Below are positions 1-9,295 of a stretch of DNA of 64,000 nt, one piece after another. Location: IMG/VR virus record IMGVR_UViG_3300029955_000001; one strand, 5' to 3'. Source of the DNA: a virus. Taxonomy: Duplodnaviria; Caudoviricetes. Positions within the stretch are counted from its first letter, which is position 1. Each line of letters opens with the position of its first letter. Under the pieces are notes generated by a model, which did not search any database, had not been told where the DNA came from, and saw only the letters and a list, made by a program, of their open reading frames with translations. The position numbers and the translations under genes were made by a program.

Positions 1-726
1 TTTCACCTGCACACTGCTGCAAATAGTCCATTCGTTTTCTGGGTAAACGTTCTTATTTACTTCAGGTCCGCCAATGACTAATTTACATTTTCCAAACTTT
101 AAAAAAGTATCATGTAAACCATACTTACATAACAAATAATGCATCATCGTTGTATTTGCTTTGATTGTCTGACGCATCCTTTTCATCTTTTGGTTTTTAT
201 GATAAATTAACGACCAAACAACCTGAACAGTCTCGCGTTTACCATCCACCATGTAGTGCTGACTAACACGTTTAAATGTTAATTTATCACGTAGCAGTCT
301 AACAAAGATATCCGTCATGCCAACTGAAATTACACGATCAATAAGCAATGGTGAAACATTAAATCTGCTACCGCCTAAAGTAATAGTGCCAGCTTCATTT
401 ACGAAAGGCAAGTACAAGAAACGATCTGGTAACAATTCTTCTTTAAATTTGAATATATACTTCATCATGTACAAATCACTTCTTGCTACATCAAACGTTC
501 GCTTACTTGTTTTTCTTTTTGTTGCTTCAGCAAATTCTTCTTGCGGCGTACAGCGTTTATAGCCGAGATACACTAAATCAGTAGGGAATCCATTTGCTGC
601 TGATTTAATAACCTCGTCAATATACTGTTCGCAATATTGCATGTGCTTACATGCTAACCCATTAGCGATGTTTTCATTAAATCGCGGGGTGTCAGAATCC
701 ACTAGGAGTGTTAACGCGGTATCTAT
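1..726 (-). CDS. Non-virion RNA polymerase beta-like subunit, N-terminal part (phiKZ gp123-like); runs off the window edge
   Basis: Open minus frame absent from the track: (I/M)DTALTLLVDSDTPRFNENIANGLACKHMQ...FLYLPFVNEAGTITLGGSRFNVSPLLIDRVISVG; GGGAGA SD precedes an ATA codon; syntenic with gp122/MCP/helicase. Confidence 0.8.
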   Translation of the reverse strand, partial: MDTALTLLVDSDTPRFNENIANGLACKHMQYCEQYIDEVIKSAANGFPTDLVYLGYKRCTPQEEFAEATKRKTSKRTFDVARSDLYMMKYIFKFKEELLPDRFLYLPFVNEAGTITLGGSRFNVSPLLIDRVISVGMTDIFVRLLRDKLTFKRVSQHYMVDGKRETVQVVWSLIYHKNQKMKRMRQTIKANTTMMHYLLCKYGLHDTFLKFGKCKLVIGGPEVNKNVYPENEWTICSSVQVK

Positions 727-751
727 GATGTTCTCCCTTTTGCAGTGTTTA

Positions 752-777
752 CGATGGGCGCACAACACGCCCATCGT
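752..777. terminator. GC-rich hairpin between the gp122-like and gp123-like genes
   Basis: CGATGGGCG-N-CGCCCATCG inverted repeat; no clear U-tract on the minus strand. Confidence 0.4.
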
Positions 778-780
778 TTA

Positions 781-1929
781 TTACTTTGCAGCTTTCTTTA
801 TAAAAGTAGAAGCAATAGCAGTACATATTGCTCCTGCACCAATAATCATCGCTGGAATCCATTTGATTATTTCGGTTTGCTCTTTTCGAGAATGAGATGT
901 ATCCTCGAAATGATCTTTTATTCTCTGTCGTTCTAAAGCAGACACTATGTCTACTCGTTCTTTCATTTCAAGCATTACTTGAGCGTGCCGAGATGCTTCC
1001 ATCTCGAGGCGTTTTAATTCTTTGTTCTTCTCGATTATTTCTAACTCATGCGATTGTTTTGCTATTTGTGTTTCATGTTTCATCGCTAGCAGTGTTTGTT
1101 CGAGAGCAGCCATTTCCATTTTCTTAGCCAGAGACACATCACCAAGATTCAATGCTTCTTCATGCGTCTTAAATAACCCAACCTTTTCTTGTGCTTCCTC
1201 AAACGTAAAGTAGTTTACTTTAACATCAGTAACATCGAACTTTCCAGTAACGGGATTATTCGATACGACATAAATGCCGTCTTTTCTACTACCATCAGTT
1301 TTTGTTGTCACGCGATAAACTTTATTACCAATATTCAAATATCGGTCACCATATCTTTTAGCGCTATCTATTAACTCCACTGAATATCCAAAACATTTAT
1401 TGTCTTGATGTACTAAGTTAGACTGAATAGAATTTGCTTCTTTAGCGGAATTACTAAATGGATGTTGAGGAGCGTATTCAATTGGTAAAATTGAAATGAC
1501 ACAATCTAGTTCGTGGTGATATATTGTACCACCGTTCGCTCTTAACTGATCATAACTAACTGGGTAATCTAATACTAACTTTGCACCGGAGTAATAGGTT
1601 TTCTTTTCGTGTTCATTAAAAGCATTGCGTAATGCTATTAATTCACTACTACTTGAATCATCTGTCACACCAGACAATATATGTTGCGTGTCTAATTTTA
1701 TCGCAGCATTCATAATCATCGTTGTTCTGATAATTAATTTCTTGTTAAACATGCTGCGTTCAGGCTTTAGTACAAATTTATATCCAGATCTCCGTACGAT
1801 AGTGACTGGCACAGGTAAATCGTTAATATACTTTGTGTCAAAATCAAACTGACTACTACCTATCTCACGAATATCTGTTGGTGCTGGATACACCTCACCA
1901 AAGTACGATGGAATTTCATTTTCTTTCAT
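781..1929 (-). CDS. Conserved phiKZ-like core protein (gp122-like by synteny)
   Basis: 382 aa ORF between MCP and RNAP subunit; call rests mainly on gene order. Confidence 0.6.
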   Translation of the reverse strand: MKENEIPSYFGEVYPAPTDIREIGSSQFDFDTKYINDLPVPVTIVRRSGYKFVLKPERSMFNKKLIIRTTMIMNAAIKLDTQHILSGVTDDSSSSELIALRNAFNEHEKKTYYSGAKLVLDYPVSYDQLRANGGTIYHHELDCVISILPIEYAPQHPFSNSAKEANSIQSNLVHQDNKCFGYSVELIDSAKRYGDRYLNIGNKVYRVTTKTDGSRKDGIYVVSNNPVTGKFDVTDVKVNYFTFEEAQEKVGLFKTHEEALNLGDVSLAKKMEMAALEQTLLAMKHETQIAKQSHELEIIEKNKELKRLEMEASRHAQVMLEMKERVDIVSALERQRIKDHFEDTSHSRKEQTEIIKWIPAMIIGAGAICTAIASTFIKKAAK

Positions 1930-2105
1930 TGCTTTAGCTTTCCAAACGATATCACGTTATGGCATTGAGTGGTGACTTGAGTCGTACTCGTATTAGGTGA
2001 ACGCAATACACGAACAGAATAACTAATCATTAGGAGATGTTGCTTAGAAATAAAAACAGCATAATTATTACCACTTCATAACAGTGACGGTATCTCTCAA
2101 TATCA

Positions 2106-2538
2106 GAGTTCTTGTTGCTGATCCTTTACATCAGGATTCACTTCACAAGCTATCCGGACTTACCAGCCCTTGTATTTCTATTCTAGCAATTCACGCAAGA
2201 AGTGCCGGTACTGTAAATATTCATACTAGCTACATCATCAGCGTTCTTTGTAAAACCACAATTCATACATTTAGCACAACAGCGGAACAGTCATTTAGCC
2301 AAATAAATTCTGGGTTTTGTTTTAGTAATACTAATTCATTAATTAAACCAAATACGGTAGGTTTATGCCCTAACTCATAAAGCTCTTTCCATCGTGCTAA
2401 GCCCCAGTTATAAATAAATCTGCTACATCCTGCAAATTGTTTAAATTGAGTTTCTTGTTGTTTAGTAGGAAATAAACGATACTTAAAAGCCTTATGAAAT
2501 GTTATTTATCCATTTAAGGAGATTTTGTTATTTGACAT
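2106..2538 (-). pseudogene. tnpB: Internally deleted TnpB (IS200/IS605) remnant with 3' omega/reRNA-like sequence
   Basis: AGGAG+ATG at 2538; MSNNKISLNG*ITFHKAFKYRLFPTKQQETQFKQFAGCSRFIYNWGL (OrfB HTH) joined in another frame to C-terminal CAKCMNCGFTKNADDVASMNI; followed by AGCTTGTGAAGTGAATCCTGATGTAAAGGATCAGCAACAAGAACTC. Confidence 0.8.
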
Positions 2539-2615
2539 TCTTAATCTCCTTATTTAGAAGAACATATAGTAATTCTCATAACAGTGATATATTACTCAAA
2601 TATTTTCGAATAGTA

Positions 2616-2660
2616 ACGGCATAAAACCTCTACCAGAACGATTAGGTTCTGATAGAGGAA
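2616..2660 (-). terminator. Intrinsic terminator downstream of MCP
   Basis: CCTCTACCAGAAC...GTTCTGATAGAGG hairpin followed by TTTT on minus strand. Confidence 0.65.
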
Positions 2661-2696
2661 TTACAGCCCCAAATGGCTAATCCAACTTAAGTAGGT

Positions 2697-4937
2697 TTAT
2701 ACCAAATCGCTAGTTACAGTTAAGAAATGAACTGGAACTTTTGCCGATACCACATCACTAATCCCCGTGATATCCAGAGCAGCCATGATCGGCAAGTTAA
2801 CAACGTGCAAGAACGACGGTTGGACCGTAAGTTCTTTGCTGTTAGCGCCGTTACGATGCAATGGCAACACCAGGGTCAGTTCTGGCTTCCAAGCCATGTT
2901 ACCGAAATGCATCGGATTAGGCACGCCGTCCATCGAATCACCAAAGGCACCGAACGTCATGATGATCTTACCAGCCATGGTCATGTTCAGAGTCGACACA
3001 ACCTTAACATTGAAGTCATTGCCCAATGTACGGAAGTCGCCAGTTACCGTCAGGTAACGAGAGATAACCGGATCAGTACCGATGATAACAGTCGGAACTT
3101 GGGAAATGCCGCCAGCCAGTGCATCAGCAGCTGCTTTGTAACCAGAGTCACGATACATGCGATAAGCCATGTCGCGCAGTTTATTAACGAGCAATGCTTG
3201 AATATCAGCAATACGATCAGACGACTTGATCGAATCAACCAACGAAGCAACGTCCAGCGTAGCATGTTCGTAGAATGGTTGCACCAAGAAGCGAGCTACA
3301 CCCAGAATGCCCGAGTTATCAGTCAACGAACCAAGAGTTCCAGGAACCAAGCCATCAGCCGTATTCACAAATTCAGCCAACAGATCTTGTGCTTTCAACA
3401 GTTCAGACACAGCAGCATTACTGGTGCGGATATGCGTTGCAGTAATCAGAGCAGCCAGGTCGCTCGAATCGTTTGCATCACCAATCGTCAATGGACGCGG
3501 TACAGTGATAGGCGAACGCAACGGCACTGCGTAAATCTGATTGTAGAACGTAGTATCCAACAGCTGACCACGCATACGACGGTTCAGGTTAGTACGACGC
3601 GCATCAAGATCGTAACCAACAGCCGAAGCATTTGCAAACAGATTTGCAATTGTCAAACCAGCACCAGTGGTCAAGTCCAAGCTAACGCCATTGCCATCGA
3701 TAACAGAAACAACACCCACGTTACCTGGGAACAGATTCGTATCACCCAATTCAAGATTGACACCGCCCGATACTTGCACAGACAAACGAACCGAATAACC
3801 ACCAGCGAGGATAGGTGCAAACGCAGCAGGAAGAACACCGTTTACGTTAGTAGTAGTGCCTGTTACTTGCAGAATATTCGTATCGAATATGCAAGTCATC
3901 ACACGATAGTTCTGTTGCACTGAGTATTGGAATGTGGCCAATGGCAACTTGCCAGTATTGAACTGGATCAAATCAGTTTCAGCATCATTTACAATCTTCA
4001 GATACACCGATTCCAAACGAATGGCAGTATCGATCGAGTCAGTCGAATCATTCAGACCGGTTTCAAGCATTGCGTCAGTTTGCGAAATAGCCAACAGTCC
4101 GAACTTATTGCCCATTTTCAGAGGAGCAGTAGTAATCGACTCACCATCCAACAGAATGGTCTTCGGTGCATACAGAGCTGGGTCAATGAAGTTCGATGCC
4201 GCTTGGGTACGATACACTGGGACAATACGTGTTTGATCATTCTTCAGGATCGTAGGATCGATTACAGCTTGAACGATGTTGCGTTTGTTGAAGTTGTCAA
4301 CAGCACCAGTGATTTGGCGACGAACTTCATTGTACACGGAGATCAGACGGATCGAAACGGTATAGCCAACTTGGTCAGGTGTAACTACAACGGTTGGGAA
4401 GAAAGTTTCGCCGAATTCATCTTGGCGAGCAGCTTGCATGTTATATGCAACAGAATACACAACGGCATTCTTGTTTTCTTTCTCATCATAAGCTTCCATT
4501 GCAGCCGAAATACGACCTTGCAATGAATCGCCAATGCCTTCAGTCCCGAAGAAGGTCATGTTTTCAGCAGCAACCATACTGCGTGCAACAGGAGCATTCA
4601 AGAAACCAGGAATGTCGCCTGCCATAATACCAGCAGCTACGGCAGCTTGTTTTTGCGCAGTGGTCAGAGGAGCACCGTCTGAACGCTTAATCACATGCGT
4701 GTCAACAATCTGTTCCAGTGCCAAATTAAGGCTATTTACACAGCGGTCAAGTTCATTAGCGGTAGTTGCATCAATCGATTCCATCGACATAGCAGCATGT
4801 GCGTATTCTTTGGATGCAAAAGTAGAACCATTTGAATTCAGTTGTTGACGAATGCCAGCAACCAGGTTGTCAAGTGGAGTCGCCGGAGTGTAAGAACCGA
4901 CGCGTTGTTGTTTATTGCGAAACAGTGATGTGCTCAT
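2697..4937 (-). CDS. Major capsid protein, phiKZ gp120-like
   Basis: ~746 aa from MSTSLF; motifs AYNMQAARQDEFGETFFPTVVVTPDQ, DLDARRTNLNRRMRGQLLD, PMHFGNMAWKPEL; AME|AYD candidate protease site. Confidence 0.9.
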   Translation of the reverse strand: MSTSLFRNKQQRVGSYTPATPLDNLVAGIRQQLNSNGSTFASKEYAHAAMSMESIDATTANELDRCVNSLNLALEQIVDTHVIKRSDGAPLTTAQKQAAVAAGIMAGDIPGFLNAPVARSMVAAENMTFFGTEGIGDSLQGRISAAMEAYDEKENKNAVVYSVAYNMQAARQDEFGETFFPTVVVTPDQVGYTVSIRLISVYNEVRRQITGAVDNFNKRNIVQAVIDPTILKNDQTRIVPVYRTQAASNFIDPALYAPKTILLDGESITTAPLKMGNKFGLLAISQTDAMLETGLNDSTDSIDTAIRLESVYLKIVNDAETDLIQFNTGKLPLATFQYSVQQNYRVMTCIFDTNILQVTGTTTNVNGVLPAAFAPILAGGYSVRLSVQVSGGVNLELGDTNLFPGNVGVVSVIDGNGVSLDLTTGAGLTIANLFANASAVGYDLDARRTNLNRRMRGQLLDTTFYNQIYAVPLRSPITVPRPLTIGDANDSSDLAALITATHIRTSNAAVSELLKAQDLLAEFVNTADGLVPGTLGSLTDNSGILGVARFLVQPFYEHATLDVASLVDSIKSSDRIADIQALLVNKLRDMAYRMYRDSGYKAAADALAGGISQVPTVIIGTDPVISRYLTVTGDFRTLGNDFNVKVVSTLNMTMAGKIIMTFGAFGDSMDGVPNPMHFGNMAWKPELTLVLPLHRNGANSKELTVQPSFLHVVNLPIMAALDITGISDVVSAKVPVHFLTVTSDLV

Positions 4938-5001
4938 TTTTTTAAAATCCTTGCAGTTGGAAAGAAAAGATGCTTTTGGGGCATTGTACCTCAAAGTATT
5001 A

Positions 5002-5565
5002 TTAATAATTAGTTGCTAATAAATCGAGATACCTTTTAAACAAAGAGGTTTTTGCTACCTCGTGATACGCGTCGTACACATACAATACTTTTAAAATAGA
5101 CTCAATTAGTGATATTTGTAGTCTTGGATCTACTGGTTCAGTAAAGAATCCGGGATTAATGACAATTCCTAACAATTCTGGTGTTAGGTCATGAACGGTA
5201 AATGGAACCTGTTTTTCATCATAAGAATTATGCTTAGAAGTAGGATCAAAGATTCTATCCCACACTTCTTTATGATTTACTGCATCCAAAGCAAACTTTG
5301 GCAAATCAAGATAACATTCGTTTCTTAACTTTGGTTTATCTTCAGGAACACTGTTTTTCCAAATAGCAGCAAGATCGATGTATATATCCGATCCTAACAC
5401 ATGATTTGTGTAAGTCTGAAAAACAAGAAATGAAATCAAATCATTAAGTGACATCAGTGGCTTTATTTTTTCAAATGATAAACACTGATTTAACGGTAGC
5501 TGATTTCTCTTCATAGTCTCAGCCACCCAAAACGGGATTAAAATAATATCCTTATTCCTCGGCAC
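5002..5565 (-). CDS. phiKZ gp119-like protein (putative virion protein)
   Basis: 187 aa ORF between helicase and MCP; synteny. Confidence 0.5.
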   Translation of the reverse strand: MPRNKDIILIPFWVAETMKRNQLPLNQCLSFEKIKPLMSLNDLISFLVFQTYTNHVLGSDIYIDLAAIWKNSVPEDKPKLRNECYLDLPKFALDAVNHKEVWDRIFDPTSKHNSYDEKQVPFTVHDLTPELLGIVINPGFFTEPVDPRLQISLIESILKVLYVYDAYHEVAKTSLFKRYLDLLATNY

Positions 5566-5684
5566 GATGATGACTCCTTATACAACACAACATAAGTAAT
5601 TAATGACTGGCGCGACCTCATCTATGAGGACTACTTTAAAAAAATTAATAATCGTCTAACTAAAAATAACACATTCATAACGAT

Positions 5685-7202
5685 ATGGACAATTTACAAC
5701 TATTAGTAACCAGTATTATACTTTTATATCGTGAAAGTCAGCTACCTGGCGCCAATGAAAATTCCGCAACAATCGTAAGAAGCGTTCTTGCAAATATTAA
5801 GGCTGCTGATTTAAACATCGGTATAGGTTCTGAACGTGACATGATCGATGGGTTAAAAGCAACAGCAATGTCAATGTGTGACTCACCTCCTGGATATAAA
5901 TTTGACCAAGGTAGTCTATTACAGCGTTTAAAAGTAAACACTATTGACAATGAAAAAGTATTTAATCTGCTATATGATGGAATAGCTTCTGATTTGCCTG
6001 ATAATCTAAACAAAAGTAAATGTTTGGAAGAAAGGCGTAATTTAAACGAATTCTTTAAACAAAGGAAGTTTGAAGAGATTATTAAAAAAGCGTCACACAC
6101 TATGAAATTTCATAGTGATAAGATGCCTCCCTTTAATAATTTTGTCGCAGACATCGCCACACAGCTTGAACAGTTTACAATTAGAACTGATACTAAAGAT
6201 CCAGCAATTATATCCGAGGTAGATTTTGACCACATTGATCAGATCACAAACGTCTTCACAGCGGTCTCAGAAGAGGCTGCTGGGACTGCTTTATTGAAAT
6301 CTGGCTACCAAGGTATTAACCTAATGCTGGACGGTGGTTTTAGACGTGGTGAGTCAGTTGTTATTGGTGCGTTACAACATCAGTTTAAAACAGGATTTAG
6401 TTTATCGGTGTTTAAACAATTAGCTCTCTATAATATTCCTCAGATGACTGATCCTACAAAGAAACCTTTGATGATCCGTATTTCATTTGAAGATCCGTTA
6501 TCTCTGAACTTCCAGTTTCTTTATCAGTCACTGAAATCAAACGAAGTTGGTGAAAGCTATACACCTATTGACAGCAGTGAAGGAGAGATGGCTGGGTATG
6601 TTAGAGAGCGTTTACAGTCGAATGGGTACTACGTAAAGTTCTTACATGTAAATCCTTCCGGATGGACATATAAAGATATTTGTAACTATATTATTCAGTG
6701 TGAGGCCGATGGTTATGAAGTTCATGTCTGTATGTTGGATTATTTATTAAAGTTACCAACGACTGGATGTGATCAAGGACCTATGGGTCACGATATTCGT
6801 AATCTCTACGAGAGATTAACAAACTTCATGAAAGCTAGAAGAATTTTGTTTATTACGCCTCACCAGCTTTCACCAGAAGCAAAAAAATTAGTTCGTTTAG
6901 GCTCAAGTGATTTAGTAAGAGAGTTACCTGGAAAAGGTTTTTACAGCGGCAGCTCACAAATCGATCAAGTCGTTGATCTTGAGATATATATACATATTGA
7001 ACAATTGAATGGTAAGTCGTATCTCACTATACAACGCGGTAAACATCGTAAGATTAAGCAAACGCCTTTTGAGCATCAATATTGTGTATTGGAGTTTAAC
7101 GATTACGGTATACCTGATGATATTAACGGAGCTGATACCACCAGAACACGTGTCGGTGGTGGTCCAAAAGGAACTAAGGATGAAATTCCGTTTTGGGAGT
7201 AA
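5685..7202 (+). CDS. dnaB: DnaB-like replicative helicase (phiKZ gp118-like)
   Basis: GGFRRGESVVIGALQHQFKTG Walker A region, MLDYL Walker B, FITPHQLS, IQRGKHR. Confidence 0.9.
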   Translation: MDNLQLLVTSIILLYRESQLPGANENSATIVRSVLANIKAADLNIGIGSERDMIDGLKATAMSMCDSPPGYKFDQGSLLQRLKVNTIDNEKVFNLLYDGIASDLPDNLNKSKCLEERRNLNEFFKQRKFEEIIKKASHTMKFHSDKMPPFNNFVADIATQLEQFTIRTDTKDPAIISEVDFDHIDQITNVFTAVSEEAAGTALLKSGYQGINLMLDGGFRRGESVVIGALQHQFKTGFSLSVFKQLALYNIPQMTDPTKKPLMIRISFEDPLSLNFQFLYQSLKSNEVGESYTPIDSSEGEMAGYVRERLQSNGYYVKFLHVNPSGWTYKDICNYIIQCEADGYEVHVCMLDYLLKLPTTGCDQGPMGHDIRNLYERLTNFMKARRILFITPHQLSPEAKKLVRLGSSDLVRELPGKGFYSGSSQIDQVVDLEIYIHIEQLNGKSYLTIQRGKHRKIKQTPFEHQYCVLEFNDYGIPDDINGADTTRTRVGGGPKGTKDEIPFWE

Positions 7203-7227
7203 TTAACGACATATAACAGGATTAAAC

Positions 7228-8238
7228 ATGCATACTACTCTTTCTGAAGAACTAATGAAGAAGCACGAAGAGTGTGAGAATCAAGATACAATGGCTATGG
7301 AAAATATTCTTTCTAGTATATCAGAAGGAATAGGCAATATTGTCAATGGCGTTAAGACTAGTATCGTTTTATCTAACGTAAGTGAAAATCAAAATTTAAG
7401 ACATGTAAAAAAACTAACGTCTAAAATTAAATATAAAAAAGCAGTAAAGAAAGATGTTCCTTTAATTGAGATACACCATTACTCAAAATGGCTAAAGTTA
7501 CATGGCCAAGTAATTAACGACGGACAAAAGATTATTCAAGAACTAGAGAGGGTGTCTGCTTTAGGACGCCTTCTGCATTCTGCTTATATTCCCGCATTAA
7601 ATAATCTGTTTGATTACATCGGTAATAAGTTTCTTAAAATAGCAAATGAAGATCAAAAAAAAGCAGTAAGTGATTTTGCCCCAACTGTAGCCATGTTCTA
7701 TCCAAAACACTTTGATAGTATTTTGAATAAGAAACGAAAAGGAGTAACAGTATTAGTTGGGGAAACAGATCGAGATGTTAAGTCAAGTGATGTCTATCTT
7801 GGCAATTGGATTGTCGTAAGTAACACGATGGATTATACAGGACATACACATGTGTTGCCCGCTATTACGGGACTAACGACGAATCCAATAAACGATATCG
7901 AACCTAGGATGTATGTAAATGCTTACACATATCCTCAGGTTTGTAAGATACTATCGTTACTGACCGAAATATTGTTAATGTTAGATACGCTAACTGACTG
8001 GCATCACTTTTCACAATCGGCTAGTAAAGTAAGTGATCTATCACGCGTATATGAACTATCTCATCGCGATTATGCTAACTATAGCGATGAAAAGAAAGCT
8101 GTTACTGTAGAAGCCGTAACGATTGCACAATCAGTATTTAGAGAACATAAAACATTAGAGATCTTTTCAAATGTAGTAAACAGATTAAGTTTTGTTATAC
8201 TCCAGGTTTGCGAAGGTTCTATTCACAGAATGGATTAA
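7228..8238 (+). CDS. Putative internal head protein, paralog A
   Basis: Shares AYIPALNNLFxYI and CExSIHRM with next ORF; AME candidate cleavage motif near N-terminus. Confidence 0.55.
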   Translation: MHTTLSEELMKKHEECENQDTMAMENILSSISEGIGNIVNGVKTSIVLSNVSENQNLRHVKKLTSKIKYKKAVKKDVPLIEIHHYSKWLKLHGQVINDGQKIIQELERVSALGRLLHSAYIPALNNLFDYIGNKFLKIANEDQKKAVSDFAPTVAMFYPKHFDSILNKKRKGVTVLVGETDRDVKSSDVYLGNWIVVSNTMDYTGHTHVLPAITGLTTNPINDIEPRMYVNAYTYPQVCKILSLLTEILLMLDTLTDWHHFSQSASKVSDLSRVYELSHRDYANYSDEKKAVTVEAVTIAQSVFREHKTLEIFSNVVNRLSFVILQVCEGSIHRMD

Positions 8239-8251
8239 ATAAGGAACCGCT

Positions 8252-9277
8252 ATGGATCTCAGGAAAGCTATTCAAAAACCAAAATACATTACTCTGTCGG
8301 AGCTTATCTTTTCACCACGTCCGACTGGTTTAGTAGCAGAGGTTTCAACCGAAGGTATTGTGGATAATGTTACACAGCGATTCCGTAATCTGTTTGAAAA
8401 AAGAGAAAAAGAAGTACATGAAGAAATAATTAACGGTGAACAAGTTCTTACGAAAGTAGATAACATTCGTGCAATGTTAGAAAATAAGAACGATTTACGA
8501 AATGACCCTTCTCAAGTAAGATTAGGAATATATGCTAAGTGGGTTTCTATTCACGGTGTAATTCTTGATGACGCAGATGCGGTATTAAAAGAACTGCTTA
8601 GATTAAAAGACTTAGTTGATCTTTACAATACCGCTTATATTCCCGCATTAAATAACTTATTCAATTACATCGCCGATAATGTTTTAAAACAAGCTCTAAA
8701 CAATCCAGTAGAAGCAATTGACACTTATGAACAATCCCCTGATTTCTTTCCTAAACAATTTAATCGCGTATTAAAAAGACGGCGTAAAGGCGTTGTGGGC
8801 GGAAACGTTACGGATGTAAAAGGAAGTGATAACTACATTGGAGATTGGTATATTGGGTCTATTTCAGATAGTTCGAATTTAGCAAAATGTACGTTAGATA
8901 TTTCACTTCACTATGATCTTACAGTTAAAAAGATTAAGGAAGCACATCTTCAACCATATTCAAAAGAAGAGATTGAAAGTATTCTTGCTGTGGTTAGTGA
9001 GATAGCAAAATCAACAATCAGTGTTTCGCAATATAGTAAATCAGACGATAGCTTCAAAAAGGTTTATCATGACATTGCCGAGTTAGAAAAGAAATATACT
9101 CGATGGGATAGTCAAGGTAAAAGGACAATAGAAGAGAAAGCAGTGCACGATTGCGTGATGATTGCGCATACAGCATTTTGGGAAGTAGAAGAATTTATAG
9201 CGGATACAGCTGTGTTTAACCACATCTGTCGTGTGGTATTGAAGATTTGTGAACACTCCATTCACCGCATGGTTTAA
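8252..9277 (+). CDS. Putative internal head protein, paralog B
   Basis: Tandem paralog; STE|GIVD candidate prohead-protease site. Confidence 0.55.
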   Translation: MDLRKAIQKPKYITLSELIFSPRPTGLVAEVSTEGIVDNVTQRFRNLFEKREKEVHEEIINGEQVLTKVDNIRAMLENKNDLRNDPSQVRLGIYAKWVSIHGVILDDADAVLKELLRLKDLVDLYNTAYIPALNNLFNYIADNVLKQALNNPVEAIDTYEQSPDFFPKQFNRVLKRRRKGVVGGNVTDVKGSDNYIGDWYIGSISDSSNLAKCTLDISLHYDLTVKKIKEAHLQPYSKEEIESILAVVSEIAKSTISVSQYSKSDDSFKKVYHDIAELEKKYTRWDSQGKRTIEEKAVHDCVMIAHTAFWEVEEFIADTAVFNHICRVVLKICEHSIHRMV

Positions 9278-9295
9278 ATAAATTAGGAGCACGTT

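Noticed and set aside
2727-4848. Long plus-strand ORFs (398 aa, 199 aa etc.) antisense to the capsid gene
   Set aside because: Shadow ORFs produced by the codon bias of a highly expressed gene; same for those opposite ro60 and other genes.
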